Origin: Acidobacteriota bacterium
GTDB taxonomy: Bacteria > Acidobacteriota > Vicinamibacteria > Vicinamibacterales > JAKQTR01
Assembly: GCA_026393675.1 (NCBI GenBank)
Contig: JAPKZQ010000029.1
Location: 6,108-70,107 of the forward strand
Length of the DNA: 64,000 bases
Reading direction: 5' to 3'
A program made the translations under genes and the position numbers. Below, in pieces: positions 26,803 to 36,229 of the stretch. Below the pieces are notes generated by a model that searched no databases, was not told the DNA's origin, and was given only the letters and a program-made list of their open reading frames with translations. Positions within the stretch are counted from its first letter, which is position 1. Each line of letters starts with the position of its first letter.

Positions 26803-27171
26803 ATCCGGCTCCCAGCCCGAGTGTACGCCATCCGGTTGTCGTGCTCAAGTCCCGGGGGCTGTGCGTGAAACCGGGGCGACGCCATTCTGATACGACAAGG
26901 CGTCCCCCTGCGAGTGACTATGCAAGTCACTCGCCGATCGCTCGGGGTAGAAAACCCGCGAAACTCGCGCCGTCCTTCCGAAAAGCGCTGTCGGTATCGC
27001 GACATGATCCGTGTGGCCGACACCGGGCGTGACGTGAAGTCCGACACACGGCGGCCATCGCCGCCGCATGCACGCGCTGCCAGCTGCGGCCATGTCGGCG
27101 GGGACCGCGAAGGCGTGCGTGCGCGCCTCGGGCGCCTTGACACTCCGCTGGCCGTTCTGCACAATGCCCAC

Positions 27172-27705
27172 ATGGAGCAGACGCTCCTCCTCAACGCCTC
27201 GTACGAGCCATTGAAGGTGGTTCATTGGCGGAAGGCCGTGACCCTGTGGTGCCAGGGCAAGGTAGAGGTGATCTCTGTCTACGACCGCGAGATTCGCAGC
27301 GTCTCGATTACGTTCCGGCTTCCGTCGGTCATCCGGCTGCTGCGTTACGTCAGGATTAGACAGCGATTCGACTACGTGCCGTTCTCCCGGGCGAATATTT
27401 ACGCCCGCGACGGGCACACGTGCCAGTACTGCGGCCACCCGATGCCCACCAGCGAGCTGACGTTCGACCACGTTGTGCCGGTGGCTCACGGCGGCCGAAA
27501 GGCATGGGAGAACATTGTCACCTGCTGCGTGTCGTGCAACCGGCGAAAGGGCGGGCGCACGCCGGCCGGTGCCGGGATGCGCCTGGTCCGGCTGCCCAAA
27601 CGGCCCGAATCGGTGCCGGCGCTGCGGATCACCATCGGGCTCAGGCATGCGCCAGAGAGCTGGCGCGATTACGTGTATTGGAACGTCGAACTTGAGGACG
27701 ATTAG
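27172..27705 (+). CDS. HNH endonuclease (standalone, about 177 aa)
   Basis: YARDGHTCQYCGHP....FDHVVPVAHGG...NIVTCCVSCNRRKG is the HNH/His-Me finger with four Zn-cysteines. I trimmed the ORF to MEQTLLLNASYEPL. Confidence 0.85.
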   Translation: MEQTLLLNASYEPLKVVHWRKAVTLWCQGKVEVISVYDREIRSVSITFRLPSVIRLLRYVRIRQRFDYVPFSRANIYARDGHTCQYCGHPMPTSELTFDHVVPVAHGGRKAWENIVTCCVSCNRRKGGRTPAGAGMRLVRLPKRPESVPALRITIGLRHAPESWRDYVYWNVELEDD

Positions 27706-27824
27706 TGCCCCGAATCCGAAACACGTTGGCAATAGTCCGGAGCGTGGCGCCCGGGGCCCCCAACGCGGCAGCCGCGCCGGGGACCCCGCCTGGATGGCCT
27801 GGCCCATGAACGGTCTTACCCTCC

Positions 27825-28847
27825 GTGTCTGAAACCCCCGACTGCCGCGTGACGTCGGTTGAGCCTGCCTGGGCAGTGCCCGGTGCGCGGGTGACGGTAC
27901 ACGGGAAGGCCTTTCCTGTGTCCGGGGAGCGTCTGCCTGTTGTCCACGTGGCCGGACTCGACGCGCATGTGGTCGTCGCGGGGACAAGTCGGCTTGGCGT
28001 GATCGTCCCGGAGGGCGCACCAGGCGGCCGGGCCGTCGTGACCGTTGACGGGGCGGCAGGTAACGCCGAACTCGAAATCGGCGCGGTCGTCGCGAAAGAG
28101 GTTCACCAGGTTGACAATCCCGCGATTGCGCCTGCCGGCACGTTGTATGTGACCTGCAGCGGGCGGCGCGGTCAGCAGGTCCCGGTCTCGGTCATCCGCG
28201 TGGGCGCCGATGGCATTCAGGAGCCATATCTCAATGGCATCGTCAACGCCACGTCCATGGCGTTTGACGCCCACGGGGCCCTGCACGTGTCCAGCCGCTT
28301 CGATGGCACGGTCTACCGCGTGAAGCCCGATCACACCCTCGAGGTCGTGGCCGGGGAACTCGGCGCCGCCTGCGGGATTGCCTTCGGGTCGGACGGGACG
28401 TTGTTTGTCGGCGACCGCGGCGGGACGATCTTCCGGATCGGGCAGGCGGGCCGGGTGGTGCCGTTTGTGACGCTGCCGCCAAGCGTGGTGGCGTACCACC
28501 TGGCCATTGGGCCCGACGATGACCTGTTCGTGGCGGCGCCGACGTTTGACACCTGTGACCGGGTCTACCGGGTCAGCCCGCTGGGCGAGGTACGGGTCGT
28601 GTCCACCGAGTTCGGGCGTCCCCAGGGATTGGCCTGTGATGCGGACGGCAATCTGTACGTATCGGAAGCGGTGGCTGGTGGGGCGGGCCTCTACCGGGTT
28701 CGCGAAGGCCAGCCGCGCGAACTCGTGATGGCGGCGTCGGTGCTGGTCGGGTTGGCCTTTGACCCGCGCGGTGGATTGGTGGTCGCCTCCAACGACACGG
28801 TGTACAGGTTGGATGTGCCAATGCGGCCATGGGTGGCCAGGGCGTGA
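27825..28847 (+). CDS. IPT/TIG-like plus NHL/YVTN-type beta-propeller repeat protein
   Basis: N-terminal Ig-like segment (RVTVHGKAFPV). Repeated motifs such as LYVTCSG, LHVSSRF, LFVGDRGG and LYVSEAV are typical of NHL/SMP-30 propellers. Confidence 0.55.
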   Translation: MSETPDCRVTSVEPAWAVPGARVTVHGKAFPVSGERLPVVHVAGLDAHVVVAGTSRLGVIVPEGAPGGRAVVTVDGAAGNAELEIGAVVAKEVHQVDNPAIAPAGTLYVTCSGRRGQQVPVSVIRVGADGIQEPYLNGIVNATSMAFDAHGALHVSSRFDGTVYRVKPDHTLEVVAGELGAACGIAFGSDGTLFVGDRGGTIFRIGQAGRVVPFVTLPPSVVAYHLAIGPDDDLFVAAPTFDTCDRVYRVSPLGEVRVVSTEFGRPQGLACDADGNLYVSEAVAGGAGLYRVREGQPRELVMAASVLVGLAFDPRGGLVVASNDTVYRLDVPMRPWVARA

Positions 28848-29089
28848 GGATCGGGCCCGACGGCGTTGTCGTCATTTCTTGCGCCGTGCTTCTTGCTTCT
28901 GTTCGGGCGCGATGAATCGCGGCTCTACGACGAATGCCTTCTTGGTGTCCCGTAGGGGCGCAATTCTTTGCGCCCGAACGGCGGACTTGTGGTGGTGTCG
29001 GGGCAACCCCCCGTGGTTGCCCCACGTGATTCGGGCGGGCACAGGGGCCCGCCCCTACGGGTTCCTGCCGTCTCCTGACAATTGTGTTG

Positions 29090-29160
29090 CCGGGTCTGAC
29101 CGCCTCCGCCAAGGCTACGGCGGTCCGCCGAAGCTTCTTGCGAAGGCGGAAGACCCGGCC
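29090..29160 (+). repeat. Dispersed MITE/REP-like element, copy C
   Basis: GCCGGGTCTGACCGCC....GGCTACGGCGGTCCGCCGAAGC...GCGAAGGCGGAAGACCCGGCC; same family as 6214-6285, 7589-7669 and 47917-47986. Confidence 0.8.
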
Positions 29161-29233
29161 TACACTTTGTCCTCCGTCTAGCGTCTACCGACTGCTGATT
29201 CAGGAACGTGACCTGCGGGATACTGATAGCCGA

Positions 29234-30739
29234 TTGGAGGTCGTTCTGCAACTCTTCCAGCGTAAGCCAATAAGCGAACTCTTGATCGACAGTGATCGGC
29301 CGGATGCTTTGAAACGCGTCCTCGGTGCGGGCGACCTCATCATGTTGGCGATCGGCGCCGTGATCGGTGCGGGCATTTTTGGCGCGATCGGGACGGCTGC
29401 GGCCGGCCAGGTGGACGCTGCTGGCCATGTTGTTCGCAGCGGCGCCGGCCCAGCACTGGTGTTGTCATTCCTGCTGCTCGGCGGGGCCTGTGCACTCGCC
29501 GCATTGTGCTACTCGGAATTAGCGGCGATGATCCCGCAGGCTGGGAGTGCGTACGCCTACTCGTACGCCACGCTGGGGGAGCTTGTTGCCTGGATCATTG
29601 GCTGGGACCTCATCCTCGAATATGCCGTCGGCAATGTCGCCGTCGCGATCTCGTGGGGCGACTACTTCACGACGTTGCTGCGGGGAATCGGGGTGACGCT
29701 GCCGGTGTGGTTGACCACTGGCTACCGCACCGCCCTCTTGAGTTCGGACCCACAGACGCACGCGCTGCTGCAGTCGGCGCCCAGCTTTGCTGGCATTCCC
29801 ATTCTGATCAATGTGCCGGCCTTCGGTATCGTCATGGCCATCACGTGGTTGTTGGTCCGGGGTGCCCGCGAGAGCACGACTGCCAACAACATCATGGTCG
29901 TCATCAAGCTCGCTGTTCTGACGCTATTCGTCGTTGTCGGGGCTACCCACATCAATACGGCGAACTATCATCCGTTTGCGCCCAACGGCTTCACCGGCAT
30001 TCACCAGGGCGCGGCCATCGTCTTTTTTGCTTATATCGGCTTCGACGCGATCTCCACCGCAGCAGAAGAGACGCGGAACCCACAACGCAACCTTCCGATC
30101 GGTATTCTCGGGGGATTGGCTATCTGTACGGTGATCTATGTCGTTGTCGGAGCGGTGCTGACCGGAATCGTCCCCTATCAGAAACTGGCCGTTGCCGACC
30201 CCCTGGCCAGGGCTCTCGAAATTGCAGGCTTCAGCACGGTTGGCTGGCTCGTGGCCCTTGGCGCAGCCGTGTCGATGGCGGCCGTTCTGCTGGTATTTCA
30301 GTACGGCCAGCCGCGTATCTTCTTCGCGATGGCGCGTGACGGACTCCTTCCCAAATGGGCCGCGAAAGTCCACCCGGTGCACCGCACGCCGGTTGTCACG
30401 ACGATTGTCACGGGGGTGGTCGTGGCGTTGGCTTCTGCGGTGGGGGATGCGGCGGAAACGTACGACCTCACCAACATCGGAACACTGTTTGCGTTTATGC
30501 TCGTGTGCGCGGGTGTGCTGGTGTTGCGCTATACGGAGCCGGAGCGGCATCGTCCTTTCCGCGTTCCGTTCGTCTGGCCCGTCACGCTTCTTGGAGCGGC
30601 GGCCTGCCTGTTTATCATGCAGGGCCTGCCGCCACAGGCTTGGCGCCGATTTGGCTGGTGGCTGGCAATCGGATTAGTGATCTACTTCGCGTACGGCGTG
30701 CGTCACAGCCGGCTTCGCGCGTCGAACCGGGCGTCGTGA
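29234..30739 (+). CDS. Amino acid permease (APC superfamily, cationic amino acid transporter-like)
   Basis: LKRVLGAGDLIMLAIGAVIGAGIF signature N-terminus and 12 TM layout. The start is uncertain: the ORF-track start overlaps repeat copy C, and the TTG at 29234 is my guess. Confidence 0.8.
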   Translation: MEVVLQLFQRKPISELLIDSDRPDALKRVLGAGDLIMLAIGAVIGAGIFGAIGTAAAGQVDAAGHVVRSGAGPALVLSFLLLGGACALAALCYSELAAMIPQAGSAYAYSYATLGELVAWIIGWDLILEYAVGNVAVAISWGDYFTTLLRGIGVTLPVWLTTGYRTALLSSDPQTHALLQSAPSFAGIPILINVPAFGIVMAITWLLVRGARESTTANNIMVVIKLAVLTLFVVVGATHINTANYHPFAPNGFTGIHQGAAIVFFAYIGFDAISTAAEETRNPQRNLPIGILGGLAICTVIYVVVGAVLTGIVPYQKLAVADPLARALEIAGFSTVGWLVALGAAVSMAAVLLVFQYGQPRIFFAMARDGLLPKWAAKVHPVHRTPVVTTIVTGVVVALASAVGDAAETYDLTNIGTLFAFMLVCAGVLVLRYTEPERHRPFRVPFVWPVTLLGAAACLFIMQGLPPQAWRRFGWWLAIGLVIYFAYGVRHSRLRASNRAS

Positions 30740-30857
30740 CGCCAGAGCGGGCGCCCCGCAGCTCCAGCGCCCGCAACAGGATGCGGGCGTCTGCAACCCC
30801 ATGTCACGTGACCACGTAACTGAAGATGATGTGCCCACATCAGCAGGAGCGCGATAG

Positions 30858-30950
30858 ATGCTGGACGCGATGATGAACGCCCCGATCGTCGTCGGCATGG
30901 TCGTGCTCGTCGTTCTGCTGGCTGTGGCCGTCGTCTTCGTCCGCCGATAA
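30858..30950 (+). CDS. Micro-ORF encoding a 30-aa hydrophobic single-TM peptide immediately upstream of the flotillin gene
   Basis: ATG...TAA encodes MLDAMMNAPIVVGMVVLVVLLAVAVVFVRR, ending 33 nt before the flotillin start. It is too short for the supplied ORF track. Confidence 0.35.
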   Translation: MLDAMMNAPIVVGMVVLVVLLAVAVVFVRR

Positions 30951-30983
30951 GGACCTGGCCCTCAGCGCCGAAGACGGGCGGCC

Positions 30984-32993
30984 ATGAGCTGGCGAAAGGA
31001 AATCGTCATGCTCGGAGGGTTGGTCGGCATCGTGGTCGTCGCGACGGTGGTGGTCCTGGCGCTGCTGTCGCTGGTCTCGTTCTACTCGATCGGGCCCACC
31101 GACGTCGGGCTCGTACGGAAACGCTTCGGCCGCAAGCTGCCGGGCGACAACCCCGTCGCCTTCCTCGGCGAGGCCGGCTACCAGGCGCAGTTGCTGATGC
31201 CAGGGCTGCGCTTCAAGTTCATCCTCATCTACGCCGTCACTAAGTCCCCGTGGGTGCAGGTGCCGGCCGGACAGATCGGGGTCGTCATCGCCCAGGTCGG
31301 CCAGCCGACGCCAATTGGCGCGAAGTCGGCGGTTTACAAAAAGGACTTCGGCAACTTCACCGACATGCATGCCTTCGTGAATGGAGGCGGACAGAAGGGC
31401 GTGCAGCGGCCGGTGCTCTCGCCTGGCACGCTCGCGCCGATTCATCCGGTCGGCTTCCTCGTGATAACCAAACCGCACGTGTTCGGCGTGCCGGCGGCCG
31501 AAGAACTGAGAGGCAAGACCACGATGCTGAGCGTCGCGTCGTTCGGCCTGACCGGCGAGCAACTCGACGTGACGCGCATCGAGCCGAAGGCGACGGAGAG
31601 CGGGAAGGTGCTTGACATGGTCGGCATCATCACGAGCCTCGAGGGCGACTCGCTGCCGGCCGGCGACATCGCGAGCCGCCTCGGCGGGTTCGACGACATC
31701 AAGGCCGTGGAGGACAGGGCGCGCGGCGCCGGCGCCGACATCAGCAACGCGGTGCTCATCGAGACCATCCTCGGATCGAAGAACGGCGAGCACCACTCGT
31801 ATCAGGATTTCCAGACGTTTCTCGATCGCGGCGGCAAGATCGGTCTGCAGCACGACCCGCTGCTCTACGGCGCGTACAACCTCAACCCGTTTCTGGTGCG
31901 CGTCGAGAAGGTGCCCATGCTCGTCGTCGAGCAGGGCCAGGTGGCGGTCATTAAGTCGTACGTGGGATTGCCGACCGAAGACACGTCCGGTTCGGAATTC
32001 AAGTTCGGCAGCCTCGTGCGCCCCGGCCATCGCGGGATCTGGGAAGAGCCGCTGCGCACGGGCAAGTACCCGATCAATCCGCGCATCTACCAGGCGGAGG
32101 TCGTGCCGACCTCGATTCTCAACCTGAACTGGTCGAAGGCCACCTCGCAGGCGCACAACCTCGACAAGGGACTCGACCCCATCACGGCGAAGAGCCGCGA
32201 AGGGTTCGTGTTCAACATCGACCTGCAGGTGCTCATCCACGTGCCCGACACCAAGGCCCCGCGTGTCATCTCGATGGTCGGGTCGATGATGAACCTGGTC
32301 AACGAGGTGCTGCAGGCGGCCGTCGGCAACCTGTTCCGCGACAAGCTCGGCGGGATGAAGGCGACGTCGTTTATCGAGACGCGCCAGACCGTCCAGCAGG
32401 AGGCCTTTGAGCACATCTCGCGGCAACTGGACGCCTACGAGGTCGAGACCAGGGGCGTCTACATCCAGGACGTCATCTATCCGCCAGAACTGGTGAAGGT
32501 GCTGACCGAGCGCGAGATCGCCAATCAGGAGATCGAGACGTTCAAGAAACAGAAGGAGGCGCAGGACCAGCGCGTGGCGACCGAGGCCGCGACCGGCAAG
32601 GCCGACATGCAGAAGGACCTGGCACGCTCCGAGGTCGGCATCACCATCGCCGACAACAACGCGAACGCGAAGGTGGCCGAGGGCCGCGGGCAGGCGTCGT
32701 TCACGAAGCAGACGGGTGAGGCGCAGGCCGACGTCATTCGCGCCCAGGGCGTGGCGAAGGCGCAGGGCTTCAAGGCGCAGACCGAGGCCATCGGTCAGAC
32801 CGGCACGCTGGCGGTGAACGTGGCGACGGTGCTGGCGGACAAGAAGATGCAGATCGTGCCGCAGATTCTCGTGATGGGCGGCGGCGGCGGATCGATCGAG
32901 GCGCTCGCGGCGACTCTGACGAAGATGTTCGCGACTCAGGCCGGCGTGGGCCCGCCGTTGTCGGAACAAGAGGAGGGGGCGTCGGCCCCGTAA
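30984..32993 (+). CDS. Flotillin-like SPFH/Band-7 domain protein (YqiK/FloT family)
   Basis: N-terminal TM; SPFH domain; C-terminal coiled-coil flotillin region rich in E/A/Q (QEIETFKKQKEAQDQRVATEAATGKADMQKDLARSE...AKAQGFKAQTEAIG). The 729-aa antisense ORF at 30840-33029 is an artefact. Confidence 0.8.
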   Translation: MSWRKEIVMLGGLVGIVVVATVVVLALLSLVSFYSIGPTDVGLVRKRFGRKLPGDNPVAFLGEAGYQAQLLMPGLRFKFILIYAVTKSPWVQVPAGQIGVVIAQVGQPTPIGAKSAVYKKDFGNFTDMHAFVNGGGQKGVQRPVLSPGTLAPIHPVGFLVITKPHVFGVPAAEELRGKTTMLSVASFGLTGEQLDVTRIEPKATESGKVLDMVGIITSLEGDSLPAGDIASRLGGFDDIKAVEDRARGAGADISNAVLIETILGSKNGEHHSYQDFQTFLDRGGKIGLQHDPLLYGAYNLNPFLVRVEKVPMLVVEQGQVAVIKSYVGLPTEDTSGSEFKFGSLVRPGHRGIWEEPLRTGKYPINPRIYQAEVVPTSILNLNWSKATSQAHNLDKGLDPITAKSREGFVFNIDLQVLIHVPDTKAPRVISMVGSMMNLVNEVLQAAVGNLFRDKLGGMKATSFIETRQTVQQEAFEHISRQLDAYEVETRGVYIQDVIYPPELVKVLTEREIANQEIETFKKQKEAQDQRVATEAATGKADMQKDLARSEVGITIADNNANAKVAEGRGQASFTKQTGEAQADVIRAQGVAKAQGFKAQTEAIGQTGTLAVNVATVLADKKMQIVPQILVMGGGGGSIEALAATLTKMFATQAGVGPPLSEQEEGASAP

Positions 32994-33180
32994 GCGGCCG
33001 AACGCTCGGGTCGCATCCGCGCATGCCACAGCCGTGGCGCGACATTCACGGTGACGCTCGCCGACTCCCTGGGTCGGCGAGCGTCACCTTTTTGCGTATT
33101 GGTGTCTAATCTTTCAGGCGACCACCTCTGGCCAGAGTCGGCTGCCTTGTGGAGTGCATCACACAACACAAGGAGGGCGT

Positions 33181-33894
33181 ATGCCGCGCGAACTGTTCGG
33201 AGATGTCGTTCACTCTTCGATGACCATCGGCAACCGGAAGTGGTACACGCTGCCGCTCTCGGTCATCGTCCACGCGCTGCTCATTACGGTTGTGATTATC
33301 GTGCCGGTGCTGGTCGCCGACGTGCTGCCGGCGATGCCGGTGATGCTGGCGTTTGGGTCCGCGCCACGCCCGCCGGGTCCTCCGCCCGCGCCACCACCGG
33401 TGCAGCGTGCGGCAGCCCGGGCCGCGCCTGCCGCCAATCCGGATGCCGCGCCAGTGAACGCGCCTTCGGGCATCAAGCCGGATGACGGCATCGTGCGCGA
33501 TCCGGAACCGGCCGATCCCTCCGGCGTCGAAGGAGGCGTGCCTGGAAGCGTGCCGGGCAGCATCGTGGCTGGCCTGAATGAGCCGCCGCCTCCACCGATG
33601 CCCGTTGCGCCGATTCGCGTGTTCAGCGGCATCAGGCCGCCAACTCGGATCAAGGACGTGCGGCCGGTCTACCCGGACCTGGCTCAGAAAGCCAGGGTTT
33701 CTGGCACCGTGATCATCGAAGCGGTGATCGGACCGGACGGCAAGGTGACCGACGCCCGCGTCCTGCGATCGATCCCGCTGCTTGATCGTGCCGCGCTGGA
33801 TGCGGTCTCCCAGTGGCTCTACACGCCGACGCTGCTCAGCGGCATGCCGGTGTCGGTCGTGATGACCGTGACGGTGACGTTCACGCTGCAGTAG
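33181..33894 (+). CDS. TonB-family energy transducer (N-terminal TM, Pro-rich linker, TonB C-terminal domain)
   Basis: Pro-rich segment PRPPGPPPAPPP. C-terminal VYPDLAQKARVSGTVIIEAVIGPDGKVTDARVLRS....AALDAVSQWLYTP matches the TonB_C fold signature. Confidence 0.75.
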   Translation: MPRELFGDVVHSSMTIGNRKWYTLPLSVIVHALLITVVIIVPVLVADVLPAMPVMLAFGSAPRPPGPPPAPPPVQRAAARAAPAANPDAAPVNAPSGIKPDDGIVRDPEPADPSGVEGGVPGSVPGSIVAGLNEPPPPPMPVAPIRVFSGIRPPTRIKDVRPVYPDLAQKARVSGTVIIEAVIGPDGKVTDARVLRSIPLLDRAALDAVSQWLYTPTLLSGMPVSVVMTVTVTFTLQ

Positions 33895-33947
33895 CAGGTG
33901 GCGGGCGCTGTCACACGTCTTATACTTCGTGCAGGAGGCTCTTGCGC

Positions 33948-34751
33948 ATGTCGGTGTTTGACCATGAACAGGAATCCGGGCGGGGCGGGATGGGCAAGGT
34001 GCTGGCGATTGGGGCAGCCGTCATCGTGCTGCTCGCGGCTGGCTTCTTCGGGGTGTCGTACTTCATGAAACCGGCGCCCCCGCCGAAAGAGGCGCCGCCT
34101 CCGGTCAAGACCGAAGCGCCGCGCCCGGCGCCCAGGGCGGTCGAGCCCGACGTGAAGTCCGAGGAGCCAAAGGCCGCGACGCGCCCGAAGCCGAAGAAGG
34201 AGAAGCCCGTCGACGCGGCGCCCGCGCCGCCGGCCCCGACCGGTCCCACACTGGTTATCGAGAGTGACGTACCCGGCGCCTCCGTGTTTGTCGATCGCAA
34301 GTATCTCGGCACCACGCCGCTGCGCTCGACCGAGGTGACGGCCGGCACACACCAACTCAATGCGTCGGCTTCAGGGGAGGACGGCCTGGTTCAGAACGTC
34401 GAGGTGGGCGGAACCGGCGAGACGAACATCACGTTGAAGTTTCGCGAGGTGCGCCTGAACGCCCAACTGTCCACCGTGCACAAGCACGGCATCGGGTCGT
34501 GCAGCGGGACGCTGACGGCCACGCCGGGCGGCATGAGGTACGAGACCGACAACAAGAAGGACGCGTTCGCGTTCGCGCTGAAAGATCTCGAGGTATTCGA
34601 GATCGACTACCAGAAGAAGGAACTCAAGGTGAAGCAGCGCGGCGGCCGGACCTGGAACTTCACCGACAAGTCGGACAACGCCGACAAGCTGTTCGTGTTC
34701 CACCGCGACGTGTCGAAGGCCCGCGAGAGACTCGCCGCGCAGGCGAAGTAG
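33948..34751 (+). CDS. PEGA domain-containing membrane-anchored protein
   Basis: TM anchor, Pro/Lys-rich linker, PEGA-like segment LVIESDVPGASVFVDRKYLGTTPL. Confidence 0.6.
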   Translation: MSVFDHEQESGRGGMGKVLAIGAAVIVLLAAGFFGVSYFMKPAPPPKEAPPPVKTEAPRPAPRAVEPDVKSEEPKAATRPKPKKEKPVDAAPAPPAPTGPTLVIESDVPGASVFVDRKYLGTTPLRSTEVTAGTHQLNASASGEDGLVQNVEVGGTGETNITLKFREVRLNAQLSTVHKHGIGSCSGTLTATPGGMRYETDNKKDAFAFALKDLEVFEIDYQKKELKVKQRGGRTWNFTDKSDNADKLFVFHRDVSKARERLAAQAK

Positions 34752-34794
34752 GGACCGGCTGGCGGCGCCGGAAGGGGCGCTTTCCGCCCCAGGG

Positions 34795-34824
34795 CTGGAC
34801 CCCGGCTTCCGCCGGGGTGACGAA
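34795..34824. repeat. 30-bp hairpin-containing repeat (copy 2 of 2), downstream of the PEGA gene and preceded by a second GC hairpin GGGGCGctttcCGCCCC
   Basis: Identical to 4066-4095; lies between the convergent PEGA (+) and XDH (-) genes, consistent with a bidirectional terminator. Confidence 0.6.
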
Positions 34825-34841
34825 CTGTCATTGGGAACAGG

Positions 34842-35663
34842 TCAGGCCGTGGTGGCCCAGAAGTCGGCCAGCAGGTTCGCCGCGACGCGACGGCGGTAGG
34901 CGGAAGTCGAGCGGTTATCGTCAATCGGCGCGATCTCGGTCTGCAGGATACGCTGGGCCTCTGGCATCGAGGCGCCCGAGGCGAGCGCCGCCTCGGTTTG
35001 CGGGACGCGGATGACGGTGGGCGCGACGCTGCCGAAACTGATGCGAGGATGGACGGCGCGGACACCGGCGATGACGACCTTCGAGATCGATTGCGCGGCC
35101 CGCGTACCCACCTTGCGAAAGAACTGGACGCCTTCGACCCGCGGGATTTCGATGGCCGTGATGAGCTCGTCGGGCCGCATCACGGTCTTGCGATAGCCGG
35201 TATAAAAACTGGCGAACGGCACTTTCCGGGTCCAGTCGACACTCTGTAATTCCACGAGCGCGTCTGACGCGGCCAGCACCGGCAGCGTGTCACCGGCGGG
35301 CGACCCATTGGCGATGTTGCCGCCGATGGTGCCGCGATTCTGGATCTGGATCGCCCCAATCTCGCGCGCGGCCGAGACGAGCATCGGAAGATGGCGGCCG
35401 ACCAGGGGCGATGCGATGATGTCCGTGTAGGTCGTCAGGGCCCCGATGCGCAGCACACCCTCGCGCCGCTCGATGCCGCGCAACCCGTCCAGGTGCCAGA
35501 TGTCCAGAAAGCGGGTGTCGCCGAGCGTGCCAAAATTCAGGCCGACGTAGACGTCGGTGCAGCCGGCCAGCGGAACCAGTGGACCCTCCGCGCGCAGCAG
35601 CCGCAGCGCGTCGCGCAGCGTTCGCGGGTGCCGGAGGTGAAGCGGGGAGATCGCGGTTCTCAT
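34842..35663 (-). CDS. Xanthine dehydrogenase-family molybdoenzyme, FAD-binding medium subunit (CoxM/XdhB-like)
   Basis: FAD_binding_5 features (GGTDVYVGLN, IGGNIANGSPAGD); third gene of an L-S-M operon. Confidence 0.85.
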   Translation of the reverse strand: MRTAISPLHLRHPRTLRDALRLLRAEGPLVPLAGCTDVYVGLNFGTLGDTRFLDIWHLDGLRGIERREGVLRIGALTTYTDIIASPLVGRHLPMLVSAAREIGAIQIQNRGTIGGNIANGSPAGDTLPVLAASDALVELQSVDWTRKVPFASFYTGYRKTVMRPDELITAIEIPRVEGVQFFRKVGTRAAQSISKVVIAGVRAVHPRISFGSVAPTVIRVPQTEAALASGASMPEAQRILQTEIAPIDDNRSTSAYRRRVAANLLADFWATTA

Positions 35664-35667
35664 CGGT

Positions 35668-35700
35668 GATCGCCGGGTCTGAAGACCCGGCCTCCAGTTC
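35668..35700. repeat. Solo terminal-inverted-repeat hairpin of the MITE-like family (CCGGGTCTGAAGACCCGG plus the shared tail CCTCCAGTTC)
   Basis: Ends of the about 75-bp element joined without the internal core; the tail matches copy B (gacccggcctccag). Confidence 0.5.
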
Positions 35701-36215
35701 TAAAGACTCGGCCTACGCTTCGGCTTGGTTCCACCGTCTACTGACGACCGATTACTGGCCACCTTCTTCTTGGTTCTTCCTTCTTGCTCCTTGCTGCTTC
35801 TTGTCGCCGCCTTGATCGCTCTGTAGATCCCCATGTATCCCGTGCACCGGCAGAGATTGCCCGCCAGCCCGGTTCGTACCTCATCGAGCGTCGGGTGGGG
35901 TCCAAGCGCGATCGCCGCCATGACCATCCCGGGCGTGCAGATGCCGCATTGGGCGCCGCCCTGTTCCGCGAAGGCGCGCTGCAGGGGATGGCGACCCTTC
36001 AGCCCTTCGATTGTCGTGACCGTCGCGCCGCGGACCTGCGCGATCGGCACGAGGCACGCGTTGACGGCCCGGCCATCAAGCGCGACCGTGCAGGCCCCGC
36101 ACTCGCCCTCGCCGCATCCTTCCTTGGTGCCTGTCAGGTGGCAGTCCTCGCGCAGGACGTCCAGCAGACGCTTCATCGGATGCGCACGGACCGACGTCCG
36201 TTTGCCATTCAGCAC
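35700..36215 (-). CDS. Xanthine dehydrogenase-family [2Fe-2S] small subunit (CoxS-like)
   Basis: GCGEGECGACTV and CGICTPGMVM ... CRCTGY cysteine motifs. Confidence 0.9.
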   Translation of the reverse strand: MLNGKRTSVRAHPMKRLLDVLREDCHLTGTKEGCGEGECGACTVALDGRAVNACLVPIAQVRGATVTTIEGLKGRHPLQRAFAEQGGAQCGICTPGMVMAAIALGPHPTLDEVRTGLAGNLCRCTGYMGIYRAIKAATRSSKEQEGRTKKKVASNRSSVDGGTKPKRRPSL

Positions 36216-36229
36216 GAACGTGATGGGTT

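Noticed and set aside
30840-33029. 729-aa ORF on the minus strand
   Set aside because: It is exactly antisense to the flotillin gene. It has Arg/His/Asp-rich low-complexity composition with no motifs, as expected from a high-GC antisense frame.
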